Position numbers and translations under genes: made by a program. DNA of 32,000 nt from Vibrio alginolyticus NBRC 15630 = ATCC 17749 (GTDB taxonomy: Bacteria > Pseudomonadota > Gammaproteobacteria > Enterobacterales > Vibrionaceae), in the NCBI RefSeq assembly GCF_000354175.2, contig NC_022359.1:1740001-1772000 (forward strand). The letters run 5' to 3'. Shown piece by piece: positions 1 to 8,376 of the stretch. The notes below the pieces were generated by a model that saw only the letters and a list, made by a program, of their open reading frames with translations, ran no database searches and was not told where the DNA came from. Position 1 is the first letter of the stretch. Each line of letters begins with the position of its first letter.

Positions 1-73
1 CCAACAAAAGCACTCTCTTTTTTATATCCCCTTTTATACACATAATTTACTCGTCAGCGTAAAGGAGGAAGAA

Positions 74-184
74 ATGAAGAAGCCAATGATGGCGTACTTT
101 TTTCAGCAACGCCTAGCTCAATCGAGTAATAAAATAGAAGTGATGACTCTGGTTTATCTTAACGATATGTTCCAGTGGTCATAG
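74..184 (+). CDS. Candidate 36-aa small protein (MKKPMMAYFFQQRLAQSSNKIEVMTLVYLNDMFQWS)
   Basis: ATG at 74 lies 5 nt after a near-consensus SD, aaaggagg (61-68). The frame is open to TAG at 182-184. A 12-bp hairpin with a T-run starts 10 nt downstream. It is below the 60-aa cutoff of the ORF track and I recognise no family. Confidence 0.25.
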   Translation: MKKPMMAYFFQQRLAQSSNKIEVMTLVYLNDMFQWS

Positions 185-193
185 CCTAACCTC

Positions 194-262
194 AAGCAGA
201 ACTTAGCTCCTGATACTACACCCCCACTTCGTTGTATCTTAAGTTCTGCTTTTTCATCTTTT
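194..262 (+). terminator. Long hairpin with T-rich tail between the small ORF and the peroxiredoxin-like gene
   Basis: Perfect 12-bp arms aagcagaactta (194-205) and taagttctgctt (240-251). Inner 5-bp pair gatac (212-216) / gtatc (234-238). Followed by ttttcatctttt. Confidence 0.35.
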
Positions 263-405
263 GCACTCTACTACCTTATTGCAGGTTACTAAAAGTTAAC
301 TAGTTGAAACACAGCAAAACAGAGTCTACATTGAAGTCTCATCCCCCAATCGCTTTGTTGAGAAAGGGGCATTCATGGATATACACCACCAATTCGGGAG
401 TCAAT

Positions 406-945
406 ATGGCAACTTCAGTGAAACTTAAAGCGGGCGACAGCTTCCCTCATCTTCAAGCCACTTTGCTAGATGGTTCAAGCGTAACGTTGGGTCAGCCGCA
501 AGGTGATGCGACTTGGCAAGCAGTATTCGTTTATCGTGGTAAACACTGCCCTCTTTGTACTAAGTACCTCAACGAGCTTGAGAGTTACAAACAGGCTTTC
601 GCTGATGCTGGCGTCGATATTCTTGCCGTTTCTGGCGATTCAAAAGCACAGCTAGAGGGGCATCTAGAGAAACTCGAAATCAGCTTCCCTATCGCTTACG
701 GCCTGACCGAAGAACAAATGAAAACGCTAGGCTTGTATGTATCTATTCCTCGATCTGAACAGGAAACCGATCATAATTTCGCAGAACCAGGTCTGTTTGT
801 GGTGAATGAACACGGCGACTTACACGTGGTGGATATTTCAAACAACCCGTTTGTTCGCCCTGAGCTTGGCGCGCTATCACGCGGATTGGCATGGATTCGC
901 GATCCAAACAATAACTACCCTATCCGTGGCACATTGGATTACTAA
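406..945 (+). CDS. Peroxiredoxin-like / AhpC-TSA family thiol-disulfide oxidoreductase
   Basis: Thioredoxin-fold pattern with motif VFVYRGKHCPLCTKYL. ATG at 406 is preceded by gggag (396-400). The TTG at 304 used by the ORF track adds 34 residues with no RBS. Confidence 0.85.
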   Translation: MATSVKLKAGDSFPHLQATLLDGSSVTLGQPQGDATWQAVFVYRGKHCPLCTKYLNELESYKQAFADAGVDILAVSGDSKAQLEGHLEKLEISFPIAYGLTEEQMKTLGLYVSIPRSEQETDHNFAEPGLFVVNEHGDLHVVDISNNPFVRPELGALSRGLAWIRDPNNNYPIRGTLDY

Positions 946-1021
946 TATCTTCTACACCCAAGTAAACTTTCTATCCTTAAATAAGCTAAGATTCTTGCCT
1001 TAGTGAGAATAACTTGGAATG

Positions 1022-1048
1022 CATATCAGATCCGTGAGATCTGATATG
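1022..1048. repeat. Perfect 11-bp stem / 5-nt loop palindrome downstream of the peroxiredoxin gene
   Basis: catatcagatc (1022-1032), cgtga, gatctgatatg (1038-1048). No T-run follows, so it is either a weak terminator or a protein-binding palindrome. Confidence 0.4.
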
Positions 1049-1457
1049 TATCAACAAGTTGGAAATAGAGTCCTTGTTCATTATACAACGCCTTGATGAA
1101 AAACAAGATCAGTGAAGCCCAGGCTCCCCTCAAACAACGTTAGTTATTTACTTCTAAGTCACTTTCGCGATAAATACATGAAATTAAGACTAAAAACTTA
1201 GACTTAACGGATATATAAATCATAACGGTACCTACACAAGTAGTTGGCTAGCGATTATTATCCTATTGCAACTCACAATTGTGCAAATCTAATAATTCAT
1301 ACCATAAATGAAAACATAGATACCGTAAGAGACAAAATAAAAGCAAACGATTAAATTACCAATAAAACACCGTTCAATTAAAATAAAAAACATTTCACTT
1401 TATAAAAATGTAATTAATCGTTATTTGCAATCACACATCTTAATTGAGAAATACAGT

Positions 1458-2141
1458 ATGAATAAAATCTCTTTGCTTTATATGGCCGTTTGTATCGGAT
1501 TAGTTGGATGCGGTTCAGGAGGAAGCGACAACGATCCAGCAAAAGATATACATCCCACCATTTCAAATCCGGAACAAGTCAACGCAATGACGGTGGACAA
1601 AGGTCATTTCTATTGTTCTGTAAACCAACAAAAACTGGAACACGGAGGGACATCTGCAACTATGTCCTACCTGATTGAAAAGAAAAGAAATTCTACGGTT
1701 GTCGACGATTATGAATGTACCGAATACGGTTTAAAGAAAGGTGAGTCAATTATCGTCACTAAAAGTGCAATTGAAAACTTTTCATACTCAAAACATTATA
1801 AAAGCACGAAGAAGAATGACATTAATAGGTTTAAAATCATCTACCCTACAGGGCTTACGACTCCGATTAATAAAGATTATGAAAAAATTACGATCACGTA
1901 TAATACGGAGAGACCTGACGTTAACATTAAGATAATTCAATATTTTGACGAAAAGTCTAAATTATATACCATCAAAAAATATGAAAGCCACGTTAACGAC
2001 AACTCACCAATAGGTTTAGTTGAGAAAGAGGAATTCGATAAATATTCCGATTTTGAAAAGAAACTGGAATTAAATAGTGCTTTTTTAAATTCAACTGAAG
2101 TGAGTGATTTATTCTACAACTTATTAAGCATGATAAAATAA
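1458..2141 (+). CDS. Orphan lipoprotein, unknown function
   Basis: N-terminus MNKISLLYMAVCIGLVGCGSGG has a classic lipobox (LVGC). The gene and its flanks are strongly AT-rich relative to the rest of the window. I recognise no family. Confidence 0.7.
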   Translation: MNKISLLYMAVCIGLVGCGSGGSDNDPAKDIHPTISNPEQVNAMTVDKGHFYCSVNQQKLEHGGTSATMSYLIEKKRNSTVVDDYECTEYGLKKGESIIVTKSAIENFSYSKHYKSTKKNDINRFKIIYPTGLTTPINKDYEKITITYNTERPDVNIKIIQYFDEKSKLYTIKKYESHVNDNSPIGLVEKEEFDKYSDFEKKLELNSAFLNSTEVSDLFYNLLSMIK

Positions 2142-2336
2142 TAACTAAAAATCAAAAAGTTAAAAAGTACGATTATGCTCAAGTAGCTTCGATATGCCTG
2201 ACTAGAAAGAGTACGTTGTTTTACGAAACAAATTACGATTTGAATAAAGCACATCTAAGTTACTTGGGTATAAACGGCGATGTATTGTTAATCAGCTTTC
2301 AAAAGAGAGTGACGTTTGCGATTAACTACTTTGGTC

Positions 2337-2702
2337 TTAACGAAGCTCAATTTGATGCTTTTCAGACCAAATTCGCAAATCATCAAGAATCTTAAGTGCG
2401 GTACGGCCGAACTCTGTTAGCTCATAGCTGACTGCAATTGGGCGATCGCTGATCACTTTGCGTACCACCATACCTTCCGCTTCTAGCTCTTTGAGGCGCT
2501 GGTCGATCATCTTTTTGCTTGCGCCGCCTAGCATGCGTGCTAAGTCATTGAAACGAACTGGGCCGTCTTTCAAATGAAAAATCAAAGAGCCTTTCCATTT
2601 ACCACCAATTAGACGCATCCCTTTCTCGATAGCACATGGCTCCGCACATACGTTCGCCACTGACTTACGACCTTTGCTATCTACACTGATTCTGCTTTCC
2701 AC
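2337..2702 (-). CDS. HxlR-family winged-helix transcriptional regulator
   Basis: HxlR signature C-x3-GMRLIGGKWKGSLIFHL...RFNDL...ISQ-like helix...VSYELTEFG. GTG at 2702 has a gagg SD 6 nt upstream. GTG at 2723 (ORF-track start) is an alternative without an SD. Confidence 0.85.
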   Translation of the reverse strand: MESRISVDSKGRKSVANVCAEPCAIEKGMRLIGGKWKGSLIFHLKDGPVRFNDLARMLGGASKKMIDQRLKELEAEGMVVRKVISDRPIAVSYELTEFGRTALKILDDLRIWSEKHQIELR

Positions 2703-2798
2703 AATACACCTCAAGATACGCACCTAATCTAGGTAACGAAAAGTAAGCTAGATACATTTAGTGCTTTAGAGTAATAAAAACGTCACCTCGCCGCAAAC

Positions 2799-3403
2799 AA
2801 GTAAATTACCACCTTCTAAAGAAGGTGGCTTTGTGTGAGCCCCCTAAAAGGGGGCCTTTGTTTAGTCCAGCGCCAATTGCTGCTGCTCTACTCGCTCTTG
2901 CTTCTCTTGATGTCTTACATATCGGCGTATTATTTCTTCATTGATTCCAACACTATCGACAAAATAGCCTCTTTGCCAAAAGTGATTACCCCAAAGCCTG
3001 TTCTTCCTAAGGTGAGGAAACTTGCTAAATAGCTTTAAGGCTATTTTGCCTTTCAATACCCCCATCAACTTGGATATCGAAAGCTTTGGTGGGACCTTTA
3101 CAACTAAATGTACGTGGTCAACTTGTACGTTTAGCTCTACGACTTCACATCCAAGTTGATTACAGTAAACATAAATACATCGATAAACTTCTTTACCTAT
3201 ATTGTTCTTCAAGATCCTAAATCGATACTTTGGCGTCCACACTATATGGTATTGACAACGCCAAAATACGTGGGAAGCTTGATTGTATCTACTCATGTTA
3301 TTTGTCCTCTTTGACTTCTGGAAAAATCAAAGACGCATTTAGCATGAGTAGTTTTACAGGCAAAGCCGAAACGGATGATAACCACCTACTGAAGTAGGTG
3401 GTT
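2799..3403 (-). mobile_element. IS200/IS605-family insertion sequence (IS200/IS1004-like, about 0.6 kb, tnpA only)
   Basis: A single Y1 HUH transposase gene is flanked by sub-terminal hairpins that share a ccacct core. These are ccaccttc-taaa-gaaggtgg (2799-2818) and aaccacctac-tgaa-gtaggtggtt (3380-3403). A third hairpin, gccccc-taaaa-gggggc (2829-2845), follows the tnpA stop. Exact ends are not determinable from one copy. Confidence 0.8.
2862..3296 (-). CDS. tnpA: IS200/IS605 family transposase TnpA (Y1 HUH)
   Basis: 144 aa. HUH motif in VDHVHLVV. Conserved YHIVWTPKYR and catalytic-Tyr region WQRGYFV. Confidence 0.93.
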   Translation of the reverse strand: MSRYNQASHVFWRCQYHIVWTPKYRFRILKNNIGKEVYRCIYVYCNQLGCEVVELNVQVDHVHLVVKVPPKLSISKLMGVLKGKIALKLFSKFPHLRKNRLWGNHFWQRGYFVDSVGINEEIIRRYVRHQEKQERVEQQQLALD

Positions 3404-3410
3404 TAGGGCT

Positions 3411-3444
3411 GAAAATAAAAATGGACCGCATGCAGCAGTCCATC
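3411..3444 (-). terminator. Rho-independent terminator of mdaB
   Basis: On the minus strand, atggac-(11 nt)-gtccat is followed by ttttatttt, about 40 nt after the mdaB stop. Confidence 0.6.
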
Positions 3445-3483
3445 TCAATTCATCATTCAGTTCGCACTATGTTTCTAAAAGGA

Positions 3484-4068
3484 TTAGAAGTTTTCGTTAA
3501 TGTGCGCTTCGAAACGAACAAAATCGTTTTCGATATCTGCGTTCTTCATCACGTCGTAACAAGCGAATGTAGGCAGTGCTGACATACCAAAGAAGCGGAA
3601 GTTAGCGTGCATGTGGAACATCAAATCGTCCACGCCTTTACCTTGGAATAGGTATTCGTTCTCATCATCAAACGATTCTTCTGGCGCGTTGAATGTCAGT
3701 GACAGCATGTATTTGCTGTTGGTTTGAGTGCCGCCTGTACCATAGTTTTTCTTTGGTTCTTCTGCGCTACGGCCATCGAATGCACACAGTGCGCCGCCCA
3801 TACCCGCAGTAAACACGTCGTCCATGTATTTTTTGAATGACCAAGGCACAGACATCCAGTTGATTGGGCTTTGGATGATCACGCGATCAGCCCATTCAAA
3901 GTGTGCGAGTTGCTCATCTACGTTGATCTCATCTTGCATTGTCACAACGCGAACCTCATGGCCTTTTGCTTGCAGAAGCGTCTGTGCTTTGTCGACAAGA
4001 GAAGCGTTTAGACGACCTTCTGAGTATGGTGATGGTTCGTGTGCATTGATGATCAGTACGTTGCTCAT
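3484..4068 (-). CDS. mdaB: NADPH:quinone oxidoreductase MdaB (flavodoxin-like fold)
   Basis: Colinear with my recollection of E. coli MdaB: [10 protein letters not shown]..., [52 protein letters not shown] at 4068 has an aaagg SD. The ORF-track start at 4104 adds 12 unsupported residues. Confidence 0.9.
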   Translation of the reverse strand: MSNVLIINAHEPSPYSEGRLNASLVDKAQTLLQAKGHEVRVVTMQDEINVDEQLAHFEWADRVIIQSPINWMSVPWSFKKYMDDVFTAGMGGALCAFDGRSAEEPKKNYGTGGTQTNSKYMLSLTFNAPEESFDDENEYLFQGKGVDDLMFHMHANFRFFGMSALPTFACYDVMKNADIENDFVRFEAHINENF

Positions 4069-4302
4069 GGGATTACCTTTAAATAAGTTCACAAGATGAC
4101 GCAATAACCATTGTGCGTCGGATGTGGTTTATTATGGTAACCTAGAAATATAGTGCAATTAGTTAACTTTTAGTAACCTACTTGAATTTTGATTATATTA
4201 CTGTTTTTAAAAGAGATATTTTTTCAACTTTTTATTCATCGTTATTTCCCGATTAATTTTTTCATCGATTTGTTGCATCTTCCACAGAGCAGGCGTACAC
4301 TT

Positions 4303-4320
4303 TATCGCAATTCGACGATT
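4303..4320. promoter_or_regulatory. Operator-like box 1 (TATCG-N8-CGAT dyad) upstream of arsR
   Basis: tatcgcaattcgacgatt lies 19 nt before the arsR ATG. It matches a second copy upstream of acr3 (4730-4747) at 15 of 18 positions. Confidence 0.35.
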
Positions 4321-4338
4321 AACTATTAAGGCCAGCGA

Positions 4339-4680
4339 ATGAGTGATAAGTGCAACGACACGTGCGAAGTTGTTTTTCAGACAACACAACAACAGCTCGA
4401 GAAAGAACAAACTCTAGCAGCACAAGCAAAAGCTTTGTCACATCCAGCACGTTTGCGCATTCTGCATATCCTGCACACTCTCGATACCATGGGCGGTTGT
4501 TTGAACAGTGATTTGGTTTCTGAACTCGGTCTTGCGCAATCTACTGTTTCCGAGCACTTGCGTATTCTAAAGCAAGCTGGCTTTATCAGCGCCGAGCCAA
4601 ACCCACCTAAGGTGTGTTACCGCATTCAACGCGACGCGTTTGATCAGTTCAATCTAGGATTTTCCAAGTTATTTGATTAA
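4339..4680 (+). CDS. arsR: ArsR/SmtB-family metalloregulator
   Basis: HTH region LSHPARLRILHIL...LVSELGLAQSTVSEHLRILKQAGFI. Located immediately upstream of an ACR3 gene. Confidence 0.88.
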   Translation: MSDKCNDTCEVVFQTTQQQLEKEQTLAAQAKALSHPARLRILHILHTLDTMGGCLNSDLVSELGLAQSTVSEHLRILKQAGFISAEPNPPKVCYRIQRDAFDQFNLGFSKLFD

Positions 4681-4729
4681 TTCCCTTTGCACGCTGGTCA
4701 GGCGTGCACAGATAAACTATACCTTTAAC

Positions 4730-4747
4730 TATCGCCTTTCGACGATA
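4730..4747. promoter_or_regulatory. Operator-like box 2 (TATCG-N8-CGATA dyad) upstream of acr3
   Basis: tatcgcctttcgacgata lies 19 nt before the acr3 ATG, the same spacing as box 1. A 7-bp hairpin tgcacgc/gcgtgca (4689-4709) lies upstream. Confidence 0.35.
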
Positions 4748-4765
4748 AACGAATAAGAGAACACT

Positions 4766-5821
4766 ATGACTACTCAAGTTTTAAATAGTGCCAGCGACAA
4801 AATGAGCTTCTTGGACCGTTACCTAACGGTGTGGATTTTTGTTGCAATGGCAATCGGTGTAGGTATTGGCGCAGCATTCCCTCAAGTTGCTGAGTGGAAC
4901 GAGTCAATGTCAGTTGGTAGCACAAACGTACCGCTAGCGATTGGTTTGATTTTGATGATGTACCCGCCACTCGCAAAGGTGAACTACAACCTGCTAGGTA
5001 CAGTGACGAAAGATAAAAAAGCGATCACGCTGTCTTTGGTCATGAACTGGATTGTCGGCCCTATTTTGATGTTCATCCTTGCATTGACTTTCCTAGGTGA
5101 TCATCCGGGTTACATGGTTGGTATCATTTTGATCGGTCTTGCTCGTTGTATTGCGATGGTGCTTGTATGGAACGATATCGGTGGCGGTAACAAAGAATAC
5201 GGCGCAGCCCTAGTTGCACTAAACAGCGCTTTCCAAATCGTGACTTACAGTGTGATGGCATGGTTGTTCATCACTGTGTTGCCACCAGTCTTTGGTTACG
5301 AAGGTTTCGTGGTTGATATCTCGATGATGGACATCGCGGAAAGTGTTCTGATTTACCTTGGTATTCCATTCCTAGCGGGCTTCCTAAGCCGCAAATGGCT
5401 GGTCGCTGCGAAAGGTGAACAATGGTACAACGACGTGTTCATCCCACGCATTTCACCAATTACGCTTATCGCCCTGCTTGCGACCATCGTACTGATGTTC
5501 AGCTTGAAAGGTGAAATGATTCTTGAACTGCCAATGGATGTATTCCGTGTAGCAATTCCAATGGCTATCTACTTTGTGTTGATGTTCTTTGTCAGCTTCT
5601 TCGTTGGTAAGAAAATGGGCATCGACTACGACAAAAATGCATCGATTGCTTTCACGGCAACAGGCAACAACTTTGAATTGGCAATTGCGGTTTCTATCGC
5701 GGTGTTTGGCCTAAACTCAGACCAAGCTTTTGCTGGTGTCATTGGCCCGCTGATCGAAGTGCCTGTGTTGATTGCTTTGGTGAATGTAGCATTGCGAATG
5801 AAAGCCAAATATTATGGCTAA
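4766..5821 (+). CDS. acr3: ACR3-family arsenite efflux permease
   Basis: 351 aa polytopic protein. N-terminus [13 protein letters not shown]. Conserved Cys in [13 protein letters not shown] and conserved Glu in [10 protein letters not shown]. Confidence 0.92.
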   Translation: MTTQVLNSASDKMSFLDRYLTVWIFVAMAIGVGIGAAFPQVAEWNESMSVGSTNVPLAIGLILMMYPPLAKVNYNLLGTVTKDKKAITLSLVMNWIVGPILMFILALTFLGDHPGYMVGIILIGLARCIAMVLVWNDIGGGNKEYGAALVALNSAFQIVTYSVMAWLFITVLPPVFGYEGFVVDISMMDIAESVLIYLGIPFLAGFLSRKWLVAAKGEQWYNDVFIPRISPITLIALLATIVLMFSLKGEMILELPMDVFRVAIPMAIYFVLMFFVSFFVGKKMGIDYDKNASIAFTATGNNFELAIAVSIAVFGLNSDQAFAGVIGPLIEVPVLIALVNVALRMKAKYYG

Positions 5822-5857
5822 CCTAAAAAGCACAAAAAATACAAAAGCGGTAAAACA

Positions 5858-6637
5858 TTAACTCACTACCGTTTTAATATACTCGCTGGGCGTTAGGCCG
5901 AACTTACTTTTAAAGCGTTGGCTAAAACGCCCCTCTGACTGATAACCACACAACTGTGCGAGCATAGCAACGTTATACGAGCCATTTTGCATCAAGTAAA
6001 GTGCGTGATTTAAGCGCACTTCCGCCAATACTTCACGATACTGGGTACCTTCTTGTTTCAGTTTGCGTATCAATGTTGCTCGGCTCATAGCAAAGTGCCC
6101 CGCGACCATGTCTAATGGATGCTCCTCCCCTGGAGAGCGCGATAAGTAACGACTAAGTTTCTGACTAAAAGAGATATGTGAACTCGAGAACAACCGATGC
6201 AATAACCCTCTCTCAGCTAGCTGCTGATATAGGCCCATAATCCAATAGCGTTGTGTCGCTTCACTTAAGCTTTCCCGCTCAAACGAAAACAAAGCATTTA
6301 ACGTCGCTTTCAATGCTTTATCTGTCTCAACAACGGGTACATAGTTTCCTAATGCGTTGCTCATGCTTAGCTCCAACATTTCATCGCTAGGCACACAGTG
6401 AAAACTGAACATTCGAGAAAGAAATCGCCCTTGTAGAGGAAGGTTTTCAAAATTTAGGGATGCATTTGCTTCACAAAGCATGATATTTGGATCATGGATG
6501 TCGAGTACTTCATCTTTCCAGAAAAGATGTTTACTCCCCTTAACAATCTGAATAAGGCTTGGGGAGTGAATCCTGACATTACGAAGCTTCTGCTGCTGCT
6601 CCGCACGAAACAGCGTAACCTGATATTGGTGACCCAT
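5858..6637 (-). CDS. AraC-family transcriptional regulator
   Basis: C-terminal double-HTH AraC domain (LDMVAGHFAMSRATLIRKLK...VAMLAQLCGYQSEGRFSQRFKSKFGLTPSEY). Strong SD aagggga. Confidence 0.85.
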   Translation of the reverse strand: MGHQYQVTLFRAEQQQKLRNVRIHSPSLIQIVKGSKHLFWKDEVLDIHDPNIMLCEANASLNFENLPLQGRFLSRMFSFHCVPSDEMLELSMSNALGNYVPVVETDKALKATLNALFSFERESLSEATQRYWIMGLYQQLAERGLLHRLFSSSHISFSQKLSRYLSRSPGEEHPLDMVAGHFAMSRATLIRKLKQEGTQYREVLAEVRLNHALYLMQNGSYNVAMLAQLCGYQSEGRFSQRFKSKFGLTPSEYIKTVVS

Positions 6638-6656
6638 TCTCTCCCCTTATATTCAA

Positions 6657-7190
6657 TTATCGCGTGTAAGTCGTGGTTAATGTCGCTTTACCCAAAGCAA
6701 CACTATTCAAAGTAAACCCTACAATGGCTGGAGGCGTGTTTTCAGCCAAATTCAGTTCTTCAGTTGGCAATGACCACACCGTAAACTGGTAACGATGCAT
6801 CCCATCATTCTTTGGAGGACACGCGCCGCCGAACCCCGTTGTGCCGTAGTCAATACGAGATTCTTTGCCGCCTAACTTGTTCATATCAATGCCTCGAGGC
6901 AGCTCGCTAACGGTGGATGGAATATTAAACGCTATCCAATGCCAAAAACCACTGCCTGTTGGCGCATCGGGGTCATACACGGTGATCGCAAAACTTTTTG
7001 TGCCCTTTGGAGCTTCTTTCCACATCAATTGTGGTGATTGATTCCCGCCATCACATCCCCAACCAGAGTATTCAAATGTCTTCGCCATCGGGTGGCCTTC
7101 TTGAATATCTCTACTCACGAGTTCAAATGCATGGGCAGAACCGACCGCAAAAACACTCAATGCCAAAACTGATTTGTAGATCGCTTTCAT
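6657..7190 (-). CDS. Periplasmic YbhB/YbcL (PEBP/Raf-kinase-inhibitor-like) family protein
   Basis: Signal peptide ending SAHA-FE. Family motifs SPQLMW, FAITVYDPDAPTGSGFWHW, HRYQFTVW. Its stop is 19 nt from the start of the AraC gene on the same strand. Confidence 0.85.
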   Translation of the reverse strand: MKAIYKSVLALSVFAVGSAHAFELVSRDIQEGHPMAKTFEYSGWGCDGGNQSPQLMWKEAPKGTKSFAITVYDPDAPTGSGFWHWIAFNIPSTVSELPRGIDMNKLGGKESRIDYGTTGFGGACPPKNDGMHRYQFTVWSLPTEELNLAENTPPAIVGFTLNSVALGKATLTTTYTR

Positions 7191-7377
7191 GTTTTTCTTC
7201 CTTTCAATGAATTCAACACTAGTGTAAGTACCCAGCAGTCCGAACCCTTGTCAGTAAGTATCAAAAAACACAAAATAATCTATAATTTTGACACTTTAAG
7301 ATTCTAACACAAATTTCTTACTCTCTTAATTGCACTTGGTTTATGCTAATTAATCGCTCACGGAACAAGGAAGGAAA

Positions 7378-8169
7378 ATGGAATTGGATATCTACGTGGT
7401 GGACGCCTTCACCGATACGCAATTCAAAGGCAACTCAGCAGCGGTGATACCATTAGAGGAATGGCTAGCCCCAGAATTGATGCAAAATATCGCGACAGAA
7501 AACAACTTATCAGAGACGGCTTTCCTAAAGTCCATTGGCGCAAACCAATATGAGATTCGTTGGTTCTCTCCGATTACTGAAATCGATTTCTGTGGACACG
7601 CAACACTGGCCTCTTCGTTAGTTCTGTTTGATGAGTTTGGCATTAATGGCACGATTGAATTTCATACTCTGGAAGTAGGGACCCTCACCGTAGAGAAGAA
7701 TGCGCAAGGTAAGATCGAGATGACGTTCCCTGCTCGTCCTCCAAAAGCCGTTTCTGATATTCCCTCGGCATTGATTGAAGGCCTAAGTTGCGATGTGGAA
7801 CGCGTACTGCTTAGCCCTCAAGCGTATTTCGTGGTGGTCGGCAACCAGCAGGAGGTACTTGAGGTTCAATACCGTTCAGAGCACCTCAAGACACTCGCTC
7901 CTTACGATGTGGTCGTTACCGCAAAAGGCGATCAACAAGACTTTGTATCTCGTTACTTTTGGCCTGCAAATGGTGGTGACGAAGACCCCGTAACTGGCTC
8001 GATTCACGCTGGGTTAGCACCGTTCTGGGCAGAAGCGTTAGGCAAAACATCACTGGTCGCTTACCAAGCTTCTCAGCGCGGAGGCATTTTGCACTGTGAA
8101 GTTACTGGCGAACAAGTAAGAGTATCTGGCGACGGCGTGCTCTACATGAAAGGCAAGATTTTTGTTTAA
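7378..8169 (+). CDS. PhzF-family (YddE-like) isomerase
   Basis: MELDIYVVDAFTD..FKGNSAAV, LSETAF, FCGHATLAS, SRYFWPANGGDEDPVTGS. This is the typical PhzF two-domain pattern. Confidence 0.88.
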   Translation: MELDIYVVDAFTDTQFKGNSAAVIPLEEWLAPELMQNIATENNLSETAFLKSIGANQYEIRWFSPITEIDFCGHATLASSLVLFDEFGINGTIEFHTLEVGTLTVEKNAQGKIEMTFPARPPKAVSDIPSALIEGLSCDVERVLLSPQAYFVVVGNQQEVLEVQYRSEHLKTLAPYDVVVTAKGDQQDFVSRYFWPANGGDEDPVTGSIHAGLAPFWAEALGKTSLVAYQASQRGGILHCEVTGEQVRVSGDGVLYMKGKIFV

Positions 8170-8376
8170 ATGATTTTCATGTAATCAACTTAAAAGAGCC
8201 AAGTAAAGCACGGCTTCCGCAGGATCAAGCCAGCTTCAATAATTAATCAATTGATGAATATTGAAGGAATTAACTTCCTAGCCGGACAAAACTGACTCAC
8301 GTTACACTGAATGCAGTCCCATACTCTTCTATAGCTTGATACGAGTTCGAGCTCACCTTCTTAGAGGAAGCGTCGC

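Noticed and set aside
806-1003. 65-aa ORF overlapping the 3' end of the peroxiredoxin gene in another frame
   Set aside because: It is an out-of-frame overlap with a supported CDS, with no RBS and an implausible composition.
2835-3032. 65-aa plus-strand ORF overlapping the 3' end of tnpA
   Set aside because: It is antisense to the transposase gene, of low complexity (Leu-rich) and lacks an RBS. IS200 antisense transcripts are non-coding where known.
4207-4410. 67-aa minus-strand ORF spanning the mdaB-arsR intergenic region
   Set aside because: It overlaps the arsR start and promoter region, has AT-rich low-complexity sequence and no SD.
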